Source: a virus (lineage: Duplodnaviria > Caudoviricetes). Taken from it: 55,128 nt of DNA. Shown here piece after piece: positions 9,961-19,430 of this stretch. A program made the translations under genes and the position numbers. The notes under the pieces were generated by a model. That model was not told the origin of the DNA. It was given only the letters and a program-made list of their open reading frames with translations, and searched no databases. The stretch is from the IMG/VR virus record IMGVR_UViG_3300037246_000495, positions 1 to 55,128 of that record, one strand, 5' to 3'. Numbering within the stretch: the first letter of the stretch is position 1; each line of letters opens with the position of its first letter.

Positions 9961-10671
9961 ATGAAAGCAACAAAACTAAGTAAAATTAAAAACGTATTCG
10001 GTGGATTATTTATAATCAGCTTAATATGGCTAATGATCGAATTATTCTCTGAAAGTTTTAATCCTATAGCGGCTTATGTGTGTATGGTGATGTTTATTAT
10101 TACTGCTTATACTGGATATAAACATGCTGAAATGGCTAGTAAAGATCCTGAGGGATTTATTAATGATACAACATCTGAACTACAAAAGAAGTATCCTGAG
10201 TATTGGAAAAAGTACGGACATTATTATAAATCCAAATGGATGATTATTCTTACGCTTGTCGGGTTGTCGGTTAATTGCAATGGGCAAACTACATTCGAAA
10301 AGGACTTTCAAGAGGCTGATAGTTTAATTAGTATGAAAGACAATGTGATTCGAGATATTATTAATCCAGTTAATATTAATAACGGAATAGAGCTGCCTTA
10401 CACATTAAGAATTTATAATCTTGATCTAGTAGACGATTTGAACATTACCGTTAATATGCTATTAGAATACAAGAAAGAGTGTTTTAATGATAGTACTTAT
10501 GTGGAATATTACAAAGCCCTTAAATCCCCTTCTGAGGTTTATGATTCGAAAACAGGAATCACAACAACTCTAGCGGTGTATATTGTGCCATCGTTAATTA
10601 AAGAATGGCAGCACAAAACCCCATCCTTCCCCGACTTCCTGGAATGGATTGAGAAACGCAAAACTAAATAA
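9961..10671 (+). CDS. Membrane protein (2 N-terminal TM segments plus an internal signal-peptide-like stretch)
   Basis: Hydrophobic segments at about aa 12-52, and internal MIILTLVGLSVNCNGQ. Confidence 0.6.
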   Translation: MKATKLSKIKNVFGGLFIISLIWLMIELFSESFNPIAAYVCMVMFIITAYTGYKHAEMASKDPEGFINDTTSELQKKYPEYWKKYGHYYKSKWMIILTLVGLSVNCNGQTTFEKDFQEADSLISMKDNVIRDIINPVNINNGIELPYTLRIYNLDLVDDLNITVNMLLEYKKECFNDSTYVEYYKALKSPSEVYDSKTGITTTLAVYIVPSLIKEWQHKTPSFPDFLEWIEKRKTK

Positions 10672-10673
10672 TT

Positions 10674-10985
10674 ATGGGACTATTGCAAGATTTTCAAAAC
10701 TGCCAGACAGAATATGCAGCCTGGCTTTACGCGTCTGTATTCATATTAATGGGAATGTTTATAATGTTCTTGATTTATTTAGTGCTTGGATTAATAAAAA
10801 AGCCAAGTAATGAAATTAAGAACCCAATAAGTGAGGAGTTGATTAAAAAGGTTGCCAACTACAATGATGAGACTTGTCTTATCGATAAAAACGATATTAT
10901 AGAGATACCCAATACAAAAAGGATGTATTTCACTAGACCAGATCCTTATCAATTCTGTGTTAAATTACCAACTAAATACCCGTGA
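10674..10985 (+). CDS. Single-TM membrane protein
   Basis: Hydrophobic stretch AWLYASVFILMGMFIMFLIYLVLGLI. Confidence 0.6.
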   Translation: MGLLQDFQNCQTEYAAWLYASVFILMGMFIMFLIYLVLGLIKKPSNEIKNPISEELIKKVANYNDETCLIDKNDIIEIPNTKRMYFTRPDPYQFCVKLPTKYP

Positions 10986-10996
10986 TTTAATAAAAC

Positions 10997-11051
10997 ATGC
11001 TACACAGCATATAATTAAACTTGTGGTTGTAATGTCGATACTATAATTTTG
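10997..11051 (+). promoter_or_regulatory. Palindromic motif plus -7 box (33-nt gap)
   Basis: ATGCTACACAGCAT, then TAATTTTG. Confidence 0.75.
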
Positions 11052-11079
11052 GTGTTATAATCACAAATAAATAAAAACT

Positions 11080-11238
11080 ATGGAGCCAAAAGTACTTTTA
11101 GTAATTGCATTACTCACATTTGCCATAATCCTATTGGGTGTTTGGATTTACATTCTCAATAATGAGCTGGACGACATTAGCAATAGACTGGAGTCGTTAG
11201 AGGACGAATTAAATAATATTAATCCTAAATTGTCATGA
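11080..11238 (+). CDS. 52-aa membrane-anchored coiled-coil peptide (not in ORF track)
   Basis: MEPKVLLVIALLTFAIILLGVWIYILNNELDDISNRLESLEDEL. First gene after promoter 11044-11051, overlapping the next gene by ATGA. Confidence 0.6.
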   Translation: MEPKVLLVIALLTFAIILLGVWIYILNNELDDISNRLESLEDELNNINPKLS

Positions 11239-11675
11239 AAAACTTAATAACATTAATTATCGCATTACTCCCAATCATTGGGAATGGTCAGAAGCTTATA
11301 GAAGTCTCATTAAACAATGAGGACAAAGCAATAGGGCTAAACTATATCGATGCAGGTAATCACTTTATTATCGGTGCTGAGAGTGGCTTATTTAAGTATG
11401 GGTATGCCAAGGTGGAGCATCAGAAATACAAGATAGGTTATTCTTTGATGTTCGGTGAGATGTTGGATGGATATAACACCTTAATATTAACCGCATCACC
11501 TTGCTATAATAAGTACAACGTGATTTATAATGATGATCATATAAAACGTATGCCTAAATGGTCGTTTGAGATATCAGCACGGACTAATTTAACTGATCGT
11601 ATTTATATGGGTATTCAATGTGACATTATACGCTGCACGGGAGGATTTAACTTGGGATTTTTAATATTTAAATAA
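11235..11675 (+). CDS. Secreted protein, possible small outer-membrane beta-barrel
   Basis: Signal peptide MKNLITLIIALLPIIGNG|Q, Gly/aromatic alternating strands and a C-terminal FNLGFLIFK. Confidence 0.55.
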   Translation: MKNLITLIIALLPIIGNGQKLIEVSLNNEDKAIGLNYIDAGNHFIIGAESGLFKYGYAKVEHQKYKIGYSLMFGEMLDGYNTLILTASPCYNKYNVIYNDDHIKRMPKWSFEISARTNLTDRIYMGIQCDIIRCTGGFNLGFLIFK

Positions 11676-11676
11676 A

Positions 11677-11916
11677 ATGGAGAAATCAGAAAATAATTAT
11701 TTTACGTTCGGTGGGAAGAAAAATAATGAACGTATAGTTTATTATAAAGACCTGCCAAAAGAAATTAATAGCAATCTAGATGCATCTATAAAAGTAAGGT
11801 GTGTGCATCTTGGATCATCGTTTGCAATAGCTGCCTTGAAAGGAGGTTATGATCCTGAGAAGGTGTCTTTGAATATACTAGTATCTAAAGGGCTATTAAA
11901 AGATTCTCATCTTTAG
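11677..11916 (+). CDS. Hypothetical protein
   Basis: 79-aa ORF translationally coupled to the upstream gene. Confidence 0.5.
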   Translation: MEKSENNYFTFGGKKNNERIVYYKDLPKEINSNLDASIKVRCVHLGSSFAIAALKGGYDPEKVSLNILVSKGLLKDSHL

Positions 11917-11975
11917 CATCTTTTAAGGCTGATTTTATTAAAAAGAAAGAGTAATTAATTTAAAATATTGAGATT

Positions 11976-12251
11976 ATGGATTGGAAATTTGCAAAACTAT
12001 TTGATTTAGAAGAATTAGAAACACAAGTAATTGTATATAAGGATTCGGACAGTGAAGATAAGGACGTTATCGTTGTCGTATTGCATTTTGATGGAGACTC
12101 GAGCTGTAAACTAACTTTAGGATATGAAGGTGATGTTACTGAAAGAGATAAGCAATTCGATTTATTCGACAAAGATAAAGCTGATAACATCTACAAAACG
12201 ACATATAACACATTTTATGGGCATGATGATGATTCTGATTTTCCGAATTAA
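11976..12251 (+). CDS. Acidic hypothetical protein
   Basis: 91-aa, very Asp/Glu-rich ORF ending before a bidirectional terminator. Confidence 0.6.
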   Translation: MDWKFAKLFDLEELETQVIVYKDSDSEDKDVIVVVLHFDGDSSCKLTLGYEGDVTERDKQFDLFDKDKADNIYKTTYNTFYGHDDDSDFPN

Positions 12252-12267
12252 AGTTTTAAATACAAAC

Positions 12268-12296
12268 AAAAGCCTCCACAATCGGAGGCTTTTTTA
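12268..12296. terminator. Bidirectional intrinsic terminator between convergent genes
   Basis: aaaagcctcc acaatc ggaggctttttt. Confidence 0.8.
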
Positions 12297-12740
12297 TTTG
12301 AATATTTTGGCTACTATCACTTTCCCATAATCCTCATCATTTTTGTTTCTAAATCTCTTTGTACTTTTACGAGTCAATCCCCATATGTCACCATATTGCG
12401 TGATAGATGGATATGTCGCAAGAATGCTCTTATTAAACATCTGCCAAGTTCCACCAACCTTATCAAATATAATATCATCGTGCAAGCCGCCTTTTTTAAC
12501 GATCTTAAGGTCTGGAGTTCCAAACCCAGGTAATGTATTCAATCTATTTTTGAATCCAGCATATGAGAAAGATGCATACTCTTGGGTTATCTTATTACCA
12601 GTTAAATTAAGTCCATCGGTTAACTGTTGCTGATTTAATAAAATAGCAAAAGAGGCATTCTTCTTAATAACTATCTCAGCCTCTTTCTCAGCGTCGAATT
12701 TCTGTAATTTACTTAGTAATTCATGAATCGTTATTGCCAT
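12294..12740 (-). CDS. Probable neck/tail-completion protein
   Basis: 148 aa with LNQQQLTDG...Y...PDLK...G...IWGLT pattern. It lies on the structural strand between the major tail and tape measure genes. Confidence 0.5.
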   Translation of the reverse strand: MAITIHELLSKLQKFDAEKEAEIVIKKNASFAILLNQQQLTDGLNLTGNKITQEYASFSYAGFKNRLNTLPGFGTPDLKIVKKGGLHDDIIFDKVGGTWQMFNKSILATYPSITQYGDIWGLTRKSTKRFRNKNDEDYGKVIVAKIFK

Positions 12741-12902
12741 CTGGCTTATAATTTAAATCTTTATTAAACTTATTAACTTCATCGCAAGCCTTTATATACG
12801 CATTTAAATGATAACTCATTAATTTAACAGCTTTGATGTGTTCATCTGATATTGGACACTCTACTTTTGCCATGGTGTATATTTTAGTTGATGTAAAGGT
12901 AC

Positions 12903-12935
12903 AAAAAAAACCAACCTTAATAAAGATTGGTTTTT
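12903..12935. terminator. Intrinsic terminator
   Basis: aaaaaaaaccaacctt...aagattggttttt. Confidence 0.7.
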
Positions 12936-13053
12936 ATACGTTAAATTAAGCATCAGTCCCCATAAATAAATCCTCCTGATTAGTTTTAGTGCAAAACGCG
13001 TGTCTTAATGACTTAGTACTTCAAAGATAATCCAACTATTCCGATTCTACAAC

Positions 13054-13108
13054 ATGTTAAAGAACACACTCTTTTATTTTATCGTGTTATTGTTATTGAG
13101 TAGATTTG
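13054..13108 (+). promoter_or_regulatory. Palindromic motif plus -7 box (33-nt gap), with a divergent TATCTTTG 24 nt away
   Basis: ATGTTAAAGAACAC, then TAGATTTG. Minus-strand box at 13022-13029. Confidence 0.75.
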
Positions 13109-13133
13109 ATATTATTAACTAATAAATAATACT

Positions 13134-13349
13134 ATGAAAGAGAATATTATTTTAATATTTAAATCGCTTTTCGTTATATATTTTTTCATTAATGGAATCA
13201 TTGGACTGGCTAAAATATGCGAATTAATACTTAACGATAAATCCATATGCATATTATGGAGACATGTTTTATTTGCAAACATATTCATCACCGCATGTAT
13301 GGTATTTCTTGTAATGTTTATAGCTACTATCGAATATTTTAATTTATAA
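13134..13349 (+). CDS. Small two-TM membrane protein
   Basis: Highly hydrophobic 71 aa. First gene after a motif promoter. Confidence 0.55.
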   Translation: MKENIILIFKSLFVIYFFINGIIGLAKICELILNDKSICILWRHVLFANIFITACMVFLVMFIATIEYFNL

Positions 13350-13351
13350 TC

Positions 13352-13579
13352 ATGAAACTTAAACAATTCTACGAAACCACAGAGCAGAGAGTTCCTTTCA
13401 ATGAATTATCTGTTGAGAGTTTGGATATATTGGAGCAATCAGACGCTTATAAGAGTTATTGTAAGGCATTAAAACGATTAGATGCATTCTTATATGTGGA
13501 AAGTATTGTATTGTCTCTAATCGGGACTTTAGCGATAGGTATTTTATTATTAAACGAATTATTAAAAAATTGGCAATGA
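13352..13579 (+). CDS. Small protein with C-terminal TM
   Basis: 75 aa with a hydrophobic C-terminus. Confidence 0.55.
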   Translation: MKLKQFYETTEQRVPFNELSVESLDILEQSDAYKSYCKALKRLDAFLYVESIVLSLIGTLAIGILLLNELLKNWQ

Positions 13580-14007
13580 AAGATAAGACATTAAGCATGA
13601 TAGTATGCTCATTACTCGTATTAGTGGTTGTGTTGTGGATGACTCAAGCATATTTAACGTTAACGATGAATGCTGATGATCACAAGAATTACGAAGGAAG
13701 TTTAAACGAAACTATAAATCGTGGTGATTTAGTAAAAGCCCTTGATAGTCTTGAGATTATAGGATATGAATGCATCGATATGTCAGGTAGTAGTATTAAT
13801 AATATTATTAGTCCTGATTCCATTAACGATAGTTCATCCCAAAACAATACTATTCACATAAAAGGATTTATTCAATGTAATACTAGTGGGTTTAATGTTA
13901 GTGACATTGTGTATTTTGATGATAACGATTCATTACGGTTGGCAGGTGCTCATGATTGGGAGTTGATGGATACCGTATTTAAAGGTGTTATAATTGAAAT
14001 TAAGTGA
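13570..14007 (+). CDS. N-terminally anchored exported protein
   Basis: Hydrophobic MIVCSLLVLVVVLWM followed by a soluble domain. Confidence 0.55.
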   Translation: MAMKDKTLSMIVCSLLVLVVVLWMTQAYLTLTMNADDHKNYEGSLNETINRGDLVKALDSLEIIGYECIDMSGSSINNIISPDSINDSSSQNNTIHIKGFIQCNTSGFNVSDIVYFDDNDSLRLAGAHDWELMDTVFKGVIIEIK

Positions 14008-14371
14008 ATTGTATTTTATCATTAAACGAGGCTTTAAAACAGATGTAATGGAACTTAAAAAATACATACATAGGCGATTTCCTAAAAACTCAGAGTTGAT
14101 AATCAAATCATTTGATAATCAAGACCTTGTCAAGCTTAAGAATAAGGCATATAAGGTTGGGACTTTGCTTAAATCAAGTGGTCAGAATAAAGCTGGTGAT
14201 TTGGTTATATATCACAGGACAAAAGAATATGACGAGTATTATAATGGTCTTTATTATGAGAGTCCAACGTGGACGGGTGGATTTGAGTATTACTACTACT
14301 TTCCAAAAGAAAGTTGCATGATATATCAATCATCATATCAATTACTAGTAAAGCCACTCGTAGAGGTTTAA
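13994..14371 (+). CDS. Hypothetical Tyr-rich protein
   Basis: 125-aa ORF. The true start may be the ATG at 14048. Confidence 0.45.
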   Translation: MKLSELYFIIKRGFKTDVMELKKYIHRRFPKNSELIIKSFDNQDLVKLKNKAYKVGTLLKSSGQNKAGDLVIYHRTKEYDEYYNGLYYESPTWTGGFEYYYYFPKESCMIYQSSYQLLVKPLVEV

Positions 14372-14416
14372 TTAAATAAACACCAATTAATTTAAATAAG
14401 AACTAAACTAATTAAA

Positions 14417-14695
14417 ATGAAAAAGATATTCCTATTCCCGATCTTGATAGTATGGTATTTAATCAGTAAAACATGGATTGGTAATATATCGATCTTTGTA
14501 TCATTCCCATTATTAATTGTATTGCATTTTGATTCTGAGACTCGAATGGGAATAACAGATTTAGAGGGCTTAATATTAGCCTTTATTCTTATATTTGCAT
14601 CACTAATAGCCTTGGTGTTGTTGTTTTTATTAAATAATTACTTGTATAAAATAATGAGTAAAACTTACACGGGCTTGCAAAAACACTTAAATTAA
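14417..14695 (+). CDS. Multi-TM membrane protein
   Basis: 92 aa with 2-3 hydrophobic segments. Confidence 0.6.
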   Translation: MKKIFLFPILIVWYLISKTWIGNISIFVSFPLLIVLHFDSETRMGITDLEGLILAFILIFASLIALVLLFLLNNYLYKIMSKTYTGLQKHLN

Positions 14696-14701
14696 ACCAA
14701 A

Positions 14702-15352
14702 ATGAAAGAAATTAAAATTACAGATCCGATTAAAATAATTTCTCAAGTAGATTGTAATGTGACTACGACCGTAGAGGATGGGGTTAGAATTACGTTGTTT
14801 GAGCCGAAGGGTGCCGATATTATCCTTGATGTTGCCAAATGGTATATTGATAATCAAAATCACGTATGGCTTATAATGAAGTCGTATGCAAATATGGTTG
14901 ATTGTGTTGGATTTTACAAAGGCAAATGGAAGAATAAATTTCACATATCAGGTCTTTATAGTATGGAATTAGCCAACATGAAAATAGTTGAAAGTATCTT
15001 AATCGAAGAGGCTAAGAATAAAGGATGGGAAACCACACAAGTTGAATACAATATAAACAACAATCAATTATGGTTGCTGACTAAGGGTGGTGATACTATT
15101 TTTAACGGTAAAACTGGTGAGTGGTCCGAGATTATAGACGAAAAGAAACCTCTCTATACGAATCTATTTGAAAAACATTCATTCTGTAAAGGCGACGAAA
15201 TATGGAGGGTTCGATTCCATGATCTACAGCCGATTTTATGCAATCCTTCTACGTCAGATTATAATGAAAACTCATCGTACTCTGAAGTGTTAAGTAGTTC
15301 TAAAGCTTGCTTAGATTGGATATATGCCAACATAGGACGATGTAGAAATTAA
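14702..15352 (+). CDS. Hypothetical phage protein
   Basis: 216-aa ORF. Confidence 0.6.
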   Translation: MKEIKITDPIKIISQVDCNVTTTVEDGVRITLFEPKGADIILDVAKWYIDNQNHVWLIMKSYANMVDCVGFYKGKWKNKFHISGLYSMELANMKIVESILIEEAKNKGWETTQVEYNINNNQLWLLTKGGDTIFNGKTGEWSEIIDEKKPLYTNLFEKHSFCKGDEIWRVRFHDLQPILCNPSTSDYNENSSYSEVLSSSKACLDWIYANIGRCRN

Positions 15353-15355
15353 AAC

Positions 15356-15392
15356 AAAAACCCGATACTCATTAGAATATCGGGTTTTTTTT
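15356..15392. terminator. Bidirectional intrinsic terminator
   Basis: aaaaacccgata...tatcgggttttttt between convergent genes. Confidence 0.85.
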
Positions 15393-15393
15393 A

Positions 15394-15558
15394 TTACTCT
15401 TTAGGAGCTTTCTTTTTAGGTGGTTCAATACCTATTTTCTTAGCTTCTTTATCAAAGTCTGACACTGGACATTTCAACCCGTGGGCTTCATTCCATTTCT
15501 TCAGCTTCCCATATCCCAGACTTTTAAATGCCAATGGGAAACCTCCAAACTTAGCCAT
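15394..15558 (-). CDS. 54-aa basic protein after the major tail gene (not in ORF track)
   Basis: MAKFGGFPLAFKSLGYGKLKKWNEAHG...PPKKKAPKE. TAATG overlap with the upstream stop. Confidence 0.6.
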   Translation of the reverse strand: MAKFGGFPLAFKSLGYGKLKKWNEAHGLKCPVSDFDKEAKKIGIEPPKKKAPKE

Positions 15559-16430
15559 TATACAGTAAGACTTACATTACCAGAAACGAACCCAACTGGA
15601 GAACCTTTCTTAACTCTGAAAACAACATTGTCACCAGCTGCCAAATCTACAGGACCATCCTTCTGAATTGTCAAGGTGTAAACTCCAAGACTAACCTCAA
15701 CCGCTACAATTGTAGGACTTGTGACGTTACTTGAAACAACTTCGAAATCGGCAGTAACTAAACCAAGTTCAGCACCAGCACATCGAGCGTTAACTTGAAC
15801 ATTGACATCACCAGCGGCATAAACTCCAGCTAAAGACATGTTTAATCCAAAAGGAGTCGCTTCGACCAATTCAAGACCTGGATTCCAGTCTGGAGTACCA
15901 ACAACAGCATTCTCGAACTCGTCATAAGAAACGTGATTTACATAGATAGTCACATTCTTATCTATATCAGACTTTTGTGGAATACCTTTGGTTAGTGCTG
16001 TAATTTCGGCCTTAAAACCCTTCTTGATTCCACTAGACAGCTGATAAGCGTATATATCACCATCTTTAGTAATATATCTTACTCGATACGTTCCACCCTT
16101 AAGAGTCTTCAGTAACGCTTGCTGATCACAGAAAGACATATCAGCAAATACAGTACCGTTTGGGATAGGTCTGTTGGTGATGATATTTCTTGTGTTATCA
16201 AGAGTTAAGACCGCTGGGTCCGCCGTTCCTGTTTCGTAGTCTGCAATCTTGAAGATGTACGATAATAATGTTTCATTCACGAAAGCCTTATTCGTTGCCT
16301 GATTAATAAAATCAGCATCATCCGAAAACGATACAGATAAATCATCGACAATTAAGTATTCCGCTTTGCCTATTTTCTTTAAACACTCAACCGCTCCGGC
16401 TGGCATTACTGATGCACAAAATTCACTCAT
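15558..16430 (-). CDS. Major tail tube protein (probable)
   Basis: 290 aa, beta-rich with a C-terminal Ig-like segment, in the expected position after the head-tail genes. Confidence 0.65.
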   Translation of the reverse strand: MSEFCASVMPAGAVECLKKIGKAEYLIVDDLSVSFSDDADFINQATNKAFVNETLLSYIFKIADYETGTADPAVLTLDNTRNIITNRPIPNGTVFADMSFCDQQALLKTLKGGTYRVRYITKDGDIYAYQLSSGIKKGFKAEITALTKGIPQKSDIDKNVTIYVNHVSYDEFENAVVGTPDWNPGLELVEATPFGLNMSLAGVYAAGDVNVQVNARCAGAELGLVTADFEVVSSNVTSPTIVAVEVSLGVYTLTIQKDGPVDLAAGDNVVFRVKKGSPVGFVSGNVSLTV

Positions 16431-16434
16431 ATTT

Positions 16435-16938
16435 TTAACAATTTAAATTGTAAATTACTGTTGTACTTATTTTAAATAAATGATAAGGATGCATATTATC
16501 TTCAGATGCTTTATCGTAATCCCATGTACTATAAGACTCGAATCCAGTTGTTAGGCTATTCCCATCACTTAGAGCAAAAGAACTAGCATTAATTAACTTT
16601 ATTACATCTTTATAGGCTGTTTCAGTTGCATCTAACCTATCTAATAATGGGTAAAGCTTTGCCAAAGAAACTGCAAAATAAATACTCACCTTTGCATTAA
16701 TATCAGAAGCACCAATCACATCACGAGCCGGTTCAACATCAAAAAAGACCGTAGAGTCGTTAAAGTCCTGAAGTAAAACTTCTTTGTAATCATTGCCTGA
16801 TATTTTAATCTCTGGGATCAACTTATCATCTCGCTCATTACGAAAGCAACGACCATAAAACGAATTAGTTTTACCATTCCATAGATTACTAACAAATAAT
16901 AATCTTAAACGCTCTATTGGCACATCTATTCCTATCAT
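16435..16938 (-). CDS. Tail terminator/connector protein (probable)
   Basis: 167 aa immediately upstream of the major tail gene, with a C-terminal MHPYHLFKI. Confidence 0.5.
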   Translation of the reverse strand: MIGIDVPIERLRLLFVSNLWNGKTNSFYGRCFRNERDDKLIPEIKISGNDYKEVLLQDFNDSTVFFDVEPARDVIGASDINAKVSIYFAVSLAKLYPLLDRLDATETAYKDVIKLINASSFALSDGNSLTTGFESYSTWDYDKASEDNMHPYHLFKISTTVIYNLNC

Positions 16939-17981
16939 CTTAACGTCCCCCTTGATATTAGTGGTTCTCTAAAAAGCATCTTCCTTAAATCACTGATTGA
17001 AGACTTTAACTTTCCTTCTATCCCAGCTATACCAATATTTCTATCACCATAAAGATCTAAATACAAGTCTTTGAATTGATCCGTTATTCTCTCTGTTCTG
17101 TTAGATCTGGTCGCAGACTTAAATAAACGTAGACACTTATCCGCCATTTGTAACTGAATAGAATTCCAGAATAGATTCTTATTTCTAATTATCAGCTCTG
17201 TATAGTCATTATAGATATCAACACCGATATTTAAACCAAATACAAAAGATGATTCTATTACACTTGTAACGTCTAAAACCTCTGTATTGTGATTAATGGT
17301 AACAGGATTAATATAATAACTTCTTGTCCTGATTTGAATATTAGAATTATCGAAATCCTTCTTGAATGCCCTAGCTCCATCTAGATCATCCTCGAAATAT
17401 CCGATATAGAAATTACCACCTTTATGAGTAATATCATCAGATACGAACCATCCTAAATCCACAATCGTACTTTCACCAGCTACAACGGTAACCGATTTTG
17501 TTTGAATTGGAGCTTTAAGATTGGAATTAAACAGATGAATATTGAATGTTTTATCAGTATCAAAAGATAATTCTATCCAAGGAATTCTTAATATACATCC
17601 AATATTAACAGTTGGGATGACTTCAAATCCAACAAATCTATTACTTGGTGTGATAGTGTTAGAGAACGCTTTCTCAAACGGATAAAGATTAGCTGATTGC
17701 TTAAAATCACTTTGACCACTAACAACTTTACTACACGTTTCAATTATTACAGCCTCTTGCAATTGCTTTATGAAAAGATTGAAATCGGCATCATCAGCCG
17801 TAATATCTTGCTGTGTGTCTTTAATGTTTTTAATGGTGACAAGTGGCGAACCGTCCTGGAAAAACAATCCAGAATCAGACACTTGATTAGGAGTATCAAC
17901 TATATCATAGCCCGTTATGGGGGATTGACGAAAGCCAACCCCTCCAAATAAAGCTAATTGTATTTTATCCGATCTAAACAT
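16935..17981 (-). CDS. Head-tail adaptor-like structural protein
   Basis: 348 aa, assigned from its position after the capsid genes. Confidence 0.5.
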   Translation of the reverse strand: MFRSDKIQLALFGGVGFRQSPITGYDIVDTPNQVSDSGLFFQDGSPLVTIKNIKDTQQDITADDADFNLFIKQLQEAVIIETCSKVVSGQSDFKQSANLYPFEKAFSNTITPSNRFVGFEVIPTVNIGCILRIPWIELSFDTDKTFNIHLFNSNLKAPIQTKSVTVVAGESTIVDLGWFVSDDITHKGGNFYIGYFEDDLDGARAFKKDFDNSNIQIRTRSYYINPVTINHNTEVLDVTSVIESSFVFGLNIGVDIYNDYTELIIRNKNLFWNSIQLQMADKCLRLFKSATRSNRTERITDQFKDLYLDLYGDRNIGIAGIEGKLKSSISDLRKMLFREPLISRGTLR

Positions 17982-17982
17982 A

Positions 17983-18345
17983 TTAGTCTAGCTTTGGTAG
18001 ATATGAGAATGAACATGTAGTTGTGTGTGTTCCTGACCCAACAACTTTGAATCGATACGCTGCAAACGGACTTACAGTAACCGCAGCTTGCATAACTAAT
18101 CCATCTATTACTGTTTCAGTATCTGATGCATAAAAATCAAACTTCCCAGCTACAGTGGTAATCTTTTTGAAATTAACACCATCCAAGCTACCCTCTAAAG
18201 TAACAGTCCCAGCACTGGTGCCTGTAAGATTAACAAACGATGCTTGCATTGTCAATGTGCCTTTAGCACTCGTGCTATCTATTAAATCAGAATAGATAGT
18301 TGCTGTGTCCGTTAATAGGACATCTAGTAAATTATATACTGCCAT
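17983..18345 (-). CDS. Small beta-rich virion (capsid decoration-like) protein
   Basis: GTVTLEGSLDGVNF...AYRFKVVG motif, directly after the major capsid gene. Confidence 0.5.
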   Translation of the reverse strand: MAVYNLLDVLLTDTATIYSDLIDSTSAKGTLTMQASFVNLTGTSAGTVTLEGSLDGVNFKKITTVAGKFDFYASDTETVIDGLVMQAAVTVSPFAAYRFKVVGSGTHTTTCSFSYLPKLD

Positions 18346-18356
18346 GATATTAATTT

Positions 18357-19430
18357 TTAAGCAGGCACTAGCCCGAATGAGTAAATAGTTGAATCTGTTT
18401 TACCAGCGAAATCACCAGTTGCTCTGAAAGCAGATAGTGGAGCTGAGAAATAAGCCATATCCCAAGAGATTTCGATTTGATAAAGAACATCTTGCTCATT
18501 ACCGTTTTCGCCTGACGTATCAGTACGTTTCGCATACATTGACATCGCAGCATCAATAGTATATTTCACATTACCTTTGTCATCAACAACAGGAATTTGA
18601 ATACTACCAAAATCACCTACTTCAGAAGAAATAGCCTTTGCCATATCAATACCTTTACGGTTTTGCTTTGGAATCCACTGGAATACACCAGCTAAATCCA
18701 TAGGGAATGCAAGAGCTGAACCATTAAATCCACTCAAAAGAGACTTAGAAGTCTTGATGATTTCACCACCACCAAATTGATAACCTAAGTTTACTGAATT
18801 ACCAACACCCTGATTCAATGAACGAACCATATCAATGTGAGCTAACGAGTCAGCTACAATCATTAATTCAGTATTATACTCATTGTTACCCATGTTAGCC
18901 TCAACTTGCTCTTTCCAATAATCCTGTTGGTTAGCATCAAGTTGCATGTTGTAATTTACATTATCCCATGTTCCGCGAACACCACCTACATTAATCTGAG
19001 TCTTATCAGCTAACAATTGAGCGATAAACCAATTATCTGCTTTCTTAAGGTTATTCATTACGCAAGACTTAACGCCCTTTGCAAATGCTTCTTCCCAGGT
19101 GAATGTATTGTTATCTAACTGCTTCATTGAAATACTAAAAGTATCAACGAAAGATTCCCACAATAATTCAGTTCTTAATGAATCATTTCTGCCTCCTGTA
19201 TGAAGTGCTTCTCTATCAGTCTTGGACCCATCGGCCTTTCTGATTTGGAAATCATAGAATGTAGCTCTATCTTCTCTTAATCTAAGAGCTGCTAAACTTG
19301 GGTTTGTTTTCTCCCCAATAAAAGCCGTTGCCAATGCCGCTGTATCGGGCATTCTAAACTCGGCGTTTGCATATGCTTCAGTAACTCTTGCGATGCCACT
19401 AAGAACATTTGTTGGTGTTAAATTTGCCAT
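18357..19430 (-). CDS. Major capsid protein
   Basis: 357 aa with a MAN start, following the scaffold-like gene. Size and synteny fit. Confidence 0.7.
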   Translation of the reverse strand: MANLTPTNVLSGIARVTEAYANAEFRMPDTAALATAFIGEKTNPSLAALRLREDRATFYDFQIRKADGSKTDREALHTGGRNDSLRTELLWESFVDTFSISMKQLDNNTFTWEEAFAKGVKSCVMNNLKKADNWFIAQLLADKTQINVGGVRGTWDNVNYNMQLDANQQDYWKEQVEANMGNNEYNTELMIVADSLAHIDMVRSLNQGVGNSVNLGYQFGGGEIIKTSKSLLSGFNGSALAFPMDLAGVFQWIPKQNRKGIDMAKAISSEVGDFGSIQIPVVDDKGNVKYTIDAAMSMYAKRTDTSGENGNEQDVLYQIEISWDMAYFSAPLSAFRATGDFAGKTDSTIYSFGLVPA

